A stretch of 64,000 nt of DNA from an uncultured delta proteobacterium. GTDB lineage: Bacteria; Desulfobacterota; Desulfobacteria; Desulfobacterales; JAHEIW01. Position numbers and translations under genes: made by a program. The number at the start of each line of letters is the position of its first letter. Within the stretch, counting starts at the first letter, position 1. The notes beneath the pieces are model-generated. The model was given only the letters and a program-made list of their open reading frames with translations. It was not told the origin of the DNA and made no database searches. Below, piece after piece: positions 60,216 to 64,000 of the stretch. Location: the NCBI GenBank assembly GCA_963706575.1, contig CAVPNL010000005.1, positions 331,556 to 395,555 of the forward strand, given 5' to 3'.

Positions 60216-61346
60216 CTACTCCAGGACATGAATGTTTTTCCGGGCGCAGATATCCTTGAGGATTTTTGGCCACACCGTTACACTCACCTCGCCCAGATGG
60301 GCTGTGCGCAGCAGGTACATGTAGGTCCTGGATTGTCCGATGCCGCCCCCGATGCTCAATGGGATCTCATCGTTGAGAAGGGCCTGATGGTAGGGCAGGC
60401 TGAGAAAATCCTCCTGGCCCGACATCTTGAGCTGGATCTTGAGCGTTTCCTTTGTGACCCGGATGCCCATCGAGGTCAGCTCGTGGCGTCGTTTGGTTAC
60501 CGGGTTCCACACCAGGATATCGCCGTTTAGCCCATGGTACTGCTCGCCATTTTTGACAATTGCCTCGGTAACCCAATCGTCGTAATCGGCAGCGCGCATC
60601 TCGTGCGGGTAGCCGTCTTTCAGCGGCCAGCCAATGCCGATGATAAAAAGCGCCGGGGCGTGTTCCATAAGGGTCCGGGTTTCCCTTTGTTTGCGCGGCA
60701 GGTCCGGATACATATCCAGCATTTCTTCGGCATGCAGAAATGTGAGCTCCTCGGGGATGTCGGGATATCTGGAAGTTTTGAGCTGCGGGAACATCTCCTG
60801 TGCGGCCCGGCCGGCGCCCCAGATGACCTTCCAGATCTTTGTAACAACGTCCTTGAGAAATTCAAGGTTGCGGTCTTCTTTGGTGATCACACGCTCCCAA
60901 TCCCACTGGTCCACATAGGCGCTGTGATCATGGTCCAAAAAGTAATCTTTGCGCACGGCCTTCATGTCGGTGCACAAGCCTTCACCCACTTTGCAGTCAA
61001 ACTGCTTGAGCGCCATGCGTTTCCACTTCGTGGCCGCCTGAACCACCTGAGCGGTGATGGGGTTGTCGAGCCCTAATCCGCACGGGAACTCCACCGGGGT
61101 GCGCGAGCCATCGCGGTCCAGGTAATCATTGACGCCACTGTCTCTGTCAACGATCAGCGGGACCTGCACCATTTGCAGGTTGAGTTCCTTGCACAGGTTT
61201 TCCTCGATGTAGTTTTTGATGGCAAAGACGGCCTGCATTGTTTCCATCGGAGACAGCAGGGGTTCATAGTCGTCGGGCAGCTCCTGCTTTACATCGTCAT
61301 AGTTGCCGATCCCGGGTCCTGCCAGGTCTGCTTTTTTGTCTGCCAT
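60216..61346 (-). CDS. asnA: Aspartate-ammonia ligase (asparagine synthetase A)
   Basis: GVND.L, VVQAATKWKR, GLCTDM.A.R.D, HSAYVDQWDWE, RAADYDDW, LNGDILVWN, SIGGGIGQSR. Confidence 0.95.
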   Translation of the reverse strand: MADKKADLAGPGIGNYDDVKQELPDDYEPLLSPMETMQAVFAIKNYIEENLCKELNLQMVQVPLIVDRDSGVNDYLDRDGSRTPVEFPCGLGLDNPITAQVVQAATKWKRMALKQFDCKVGEGLCTDMKAVRKDYFLDHDHSAYVDQWDWERVITKEDRNLEFLKDVVTKIWKVIWGAGRAAQEMFPQLKTSRYPDIPEELTFLHAEEMLDMYPDLPRKQRETRTLMEHAPALFIIGIGWPLKDGYPHEMRAADYDDWVTEAIVKNGEQYHGLNGDILVWNPVTKRRHELTSMGIRVTKETLKIQLKMSGQEDFLSLPYHQALLNDEIPLSIGGGIGQSRTYMYLLRTAHLGEVSVTVWPKILKDICARKNIHVLE

Positions 61347-61405
61347 TGACCTCCTCCTTGTGTAAGGTGATTTTTATTGTGGATAATTCTTCTGAACGGA
61401 TGTCT

Positions 61406-62572
61406 CTATGATTTTAGCAGATTCATATGTCCTGTTCGAACTGAGTCGATAATCAGTTTGCCCGTTAACCTTAATTTTCCCAGGCGGCCTTTCCTGCCGG
61501 CCATTAGGATTTCGTGAAGGTTCTCCCGTGTTAGTGGTGGTCTTACCTCGGCCGGCTTTTTCATAAGGGTTATGGATTGGGTTGGGCAACTCGGAACACA
61601 AACGCCACATCCAAGACAGCGATCAAAATTCACCACCGCCAACTGTTTTTTTTCGGAAATGCTCACTGCACCGACCTGGCAACGTTTCTCACAGGCACTG
61701 CATCCTTCGCATGTGTCCCTGTCCACTTTCGCATAAAAGTTTGAAGCCCAAAAATCCAATGGTTTGGGGAGATTTTGGTGGGTCCTTAACATCCCGCAGC
61801 AGCAGCCGCAACATGAACAGATGAACTCGGCCTTTTCCGTATTGGACGGCTGAAGCACCAATCCCTGTTTCTGATTCTTTTCGATGATCGACATGGCCTC
61901 ATCTCTGGTAATTTCTCGGCCGGCACCGCTTGGCAGGACCATGCGGGCCATATTTCCGATGGCAAGACAGGTTTCTTTTCGGTCTGTTTTCTTACAGGAT
62001 TTACCCTCGATTGATTTTTTGGTGCGGCAAATGCACTCCAGAATGACAAAGGGTTCTTCAGCCTGTTGCATCAGCGTCGATATCTCATCAAATGTGCTGA
62101 CAGTATGATGCGGGTGAATGCTTTTAGCGACTGGAATGGTGCGCATTTGCGGAAGTTTCGTGCTTAAAAATTCGATACCAAAGTTTTTATGCGAGGTGTA
62201 TTTGTTGAAATCCTCGATAAACTCGGGGGTTAAGCGTTTAAGTTGAAATTCGTACATCCCCACGACAAGCGGTGCGTTGCAATAAACCATTTTGCCATTA
62301 TTGATTATAGATTCAATTCCCCCCTTTTTCTGCATACGATCAAGACACGTTCCCAGCTCTTCTTGTGAATCGACGAGGTGGTCGGCTCTGCTGAAAATCG
62401 ATTTAAGCGGCTCAAATTTGTAACTCAAACAACAGGCAATCTCAGCCTCTTCCGGCGTAAAAATGTGTTTTAGAATCTTTATCTCAACGCCAGACCGGGT
62501 AGCCGGAAACCCGACGGCCTGTTTGTCCAAATGTTTTTGCAATTTGATATAAACCTGATCATTTTGTTCCAC
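61406..62572 (-). CDS. Multi-domain Fe-S protein (N-terminal HTH-like, CICR/CSCCGCCC, two ferredoxin motifs)
   Basis: FTPEEA, PLVVGMYE, ECICR, ICSCCGCCCG, CEGCSACEKRC, CLGCGVCVPSCP. Confidence 0.8.
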   Translation of the reverse strand: MEQNDQVYIKLQKHLDKQAVGFPATRSGVEIKILKHIFTPEEAEIACCLSYKFEPLKSIFSRADHLVDSQEELGTCLDRMQKKGGIESIINNGKMVYCNAPLVVGMYEFQLKRLTPEFIEDFNKYTSHKNFGIEFLSTKLPQMRTIPVAKSIHPHHTVSTFDEISTLMQQAEEPFVILECICRTKKSIEGKSCKKTDRKETCLAIGNMARMVLPSGAGREITRDEAMSIIEKNQKQGLVLQPSNTEKAEFICSCCGCCCGMLRTHQNLPKPLDFWASNFYAKVDRDTCEGCSACEKRCQVGAVSISEKKQLAVVNFDRCLGCGVCVPSCPTQSITLMKKPAEVRPPLTRENLHEILMAGRKGRLGKLRLTGKLIIDSVRTGHMNLLKS

Positions 62573-62590
62573 GCAATACCTCCGTTTTTA

Positions 62591-63556
62591 TTAAGCTTCT
62601 TCGGCGACGATTTGTTTTAACAATTGGTAATCCAGATTGCCGCCGCTTAAAACGACACCCACTTTGCCTCCCGGATCCGACCAGCGGTTGTGTAAAAGCG
62701 CTGCGACCCCCACCGCCCCGGACCCTTCCACCACCAGCCGGTGATTTTCCAGCAAGAACCGGATGGCGGAACGGATTTCATCTTCCTCGACCAGCACCAT
62801 GCGGTCTATCAGGTGCTGCCCGAGTTTAAACGTGATTTCACTGATGCCGCCTTCAAGCCCCTCTGCGATGGTCTCTTTTGAAGGAAAGGTTGTGTAAACC
62901 CGGTTTTCCTCGAGTGAACGCGCCATGGCGCAGGAGGCAATCGACTGGCATCCGATGACCTGGATGGCCGGATTGATCGTTTTTGCAGCGGTGGCGACTC
63001 CGGCGATCAAACCGCCGCCTCCGACCGGTACGATCACCGCATCAAGGTCGGCAATCTCATCCAGCATTTCCAACCCCAATGTCCCATGGCCGGCCATAAT
63101 CAGCGAATCGTCATAAGACGGAATATAAACCCGGCCGGATTTTTTTGCATCCGCCAGGGCGGCGGCATGGGCCTCGTCGTAAAGCTTTCCTTCGATAACC
63201 ACTTCCACTTGGTATCTTTGAATCGCTTCCAGTTTGTTGCGGGGGATGATTTCGGGAACATAGATGCGGCCAGGGATGTTGAAGCGCGTTGCTGCAAACC
63301 CCACCCCCTGGGCGTGGTTGCCGGCTGAGCTGGTGACGATCCCTTTTGCTTTTTCCTGAGATCCGAGGGAGGCAATCTTGTGATATGCGCCCCGCAGTTT
63401 AAACGAACCGGTGTGCTGCAGGCACTCCGCCTTCAGATAAACTGCCATTTCTGTCCGGTCACTGAGAGCGTCTGATTTATCAAATGGGGTTTTCCGAATA
63501 ATCCCCTGCAGGTTTTGGCGGGCCTGGCGGATATCGCTAAAATCTAGAATGGACAT
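62591..63556 (-). CDS. PLP-dependent threonine/serine ammonia-lyase family protein
   Basis: LKAECLQHTGSFKLRGA, SAGNHAQG, VPVGGGGLIAG, VEGSGA, LSGGN. No ACT domain. Confidence 0.85.
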   Translation of the reverse strand: MSILDFSDIRQARQNLQGIIRKTPFDKSDALSDRTEMAVYLKAECLQHTGSFKLRGAYHKIASLGSQEKAKGIVTSSAGNHAQGVGFAATRFNIPGRIYVPEIIPRNKLEAIQRYQVEVVIEGKLYDEAHAAALADAKKSGRVYIPSYDDSLIMAGHGTLGLEMLDEIADLDAVIVPVGGGGLIAGVATAAKTINPAIQVIGCQSIASCAMARSLEENRVYTTFPSKETIAEGLEGGISEITFKLGQHLIDRMVLVEEDEIRSAIRFLLENHRLVVEGSGAVGVAALLHNRWSDPGGKVGVVLSGGNLDYQLLKQIVAEEA

Positions 63557-63598
63557 AAGTTTACTTTTCTCAAAAAAGATAAAAGAGTCAAGACTTAT

Positions 63599-64000
63599 CT
63601 GGAGTTTTTCAGCACTTTCGGCGGGAACACAATTTCCTGCGCGGTCGGACTGACCGTGCTTGAAGTGGTTTTGGAAGAAAATCTTCAGGCCAACGCCTTG
63701 AAAGTCGGAAAACGGTTGCTGGAAGGAATGGCCCCGTTCATTGAACGTTATCCGATTGTAGGCGACGTCCGCGGATCGGGGCTTTTCCTCGGCGTTGAAC
63801 TGGTGCGCAGCCGTGAAACGCTCGAACCGGCAAAAGAAGAAGCGGATTTTATCGTCAACCGCATGCGCGCTGCCGGCATTCTTTTAGGGACAAATGGCCC
63901 TTTTGACAACGTGATTAAGATCCGCCCGCCCATGCCGTTTGACGAAAGCAATGCCGAGCATCTGGTGGCCAACATGGACCGGATTCTGAAGGAAGATTTT
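63599..64000 (+). pseudogene. C-terminal fragment of a class-III aminotransferase (5'-truncated; runs off the window)
   Basis: EFFSTFGGNTISCAVG...GDVRGSGLFLGVELV...NVIKIRPPMPF. In-frame TAG at 63545 and no start codon or PLP-lysine region upstream. Confidence 0.75.

Noticed and set aside
308..63975. Numerous short antisense or alternate-frame ORFs in the track (e.g. 3149..3793, 3830..4438, 59455..60063)
   Set aside because: They overlap well-supported genes and show no recognisable motifs or RBS; shadow ORFs.

Overview
A gene-dense window from an anaerobic bacterium; gene content suggests Desulfobacterota (inference). Start to end: (1) 1-14.6 kb, a heterodisulfide-reductase-like cluster (HdrF-like, HdrL, MvhD, FdhB/FrhB-like). 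It includes a tandem HdrA with an intact response-regulator receiver (REC) domain inserted inside the enzyme, followed by a heme-c/HAMP/PAS histidine kinase and a REC-kinase hybrid, with no DNA-binding regulator. (2) 14.6-20 kb, a cofactor/selenium cluster (two DUF4242, FmdB Zn-ribbon, NifU-like, two DUF5320, DUF134, Sec-containing SelD, YedF) with a repeated palindromic operator. (3) 20-54.5 kb, a large putative sigma-54 regulon. Seven -24/-12 promoters are associated with six copies of a conserved 37-38 bp upstream site, lying 85-87 bp from six of the promoters and 96 bp from the seventh. Candidate targets are a kinase plus REC-DASS transporter fusion, six universal stress protein genes, Ech hydrogenase, a CoA-transferase, a group 3b-type NiFe hydrogenase, an FNT channel, AcuB-like/GNAT proteins, a diguanylate cyclase and PilZ proteins. 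The candidate cognate kinase/NtrC-type activator pair is broken by many frameshifts. (4) 55-64 kb, a minus-strand block (UxxC PrdB/GrdB-like selenoprotein, MFS, SulP-STAS-cNMP, unknown protein, AsnA, Fe-S protein, threonine/serine ammonia-lyase) and a 5'-truncated aminotransferase remnant. No rRNA, tRNA, CRISPR array or transposase was seen. All calls come from motif reading by eye; no database searches were run.
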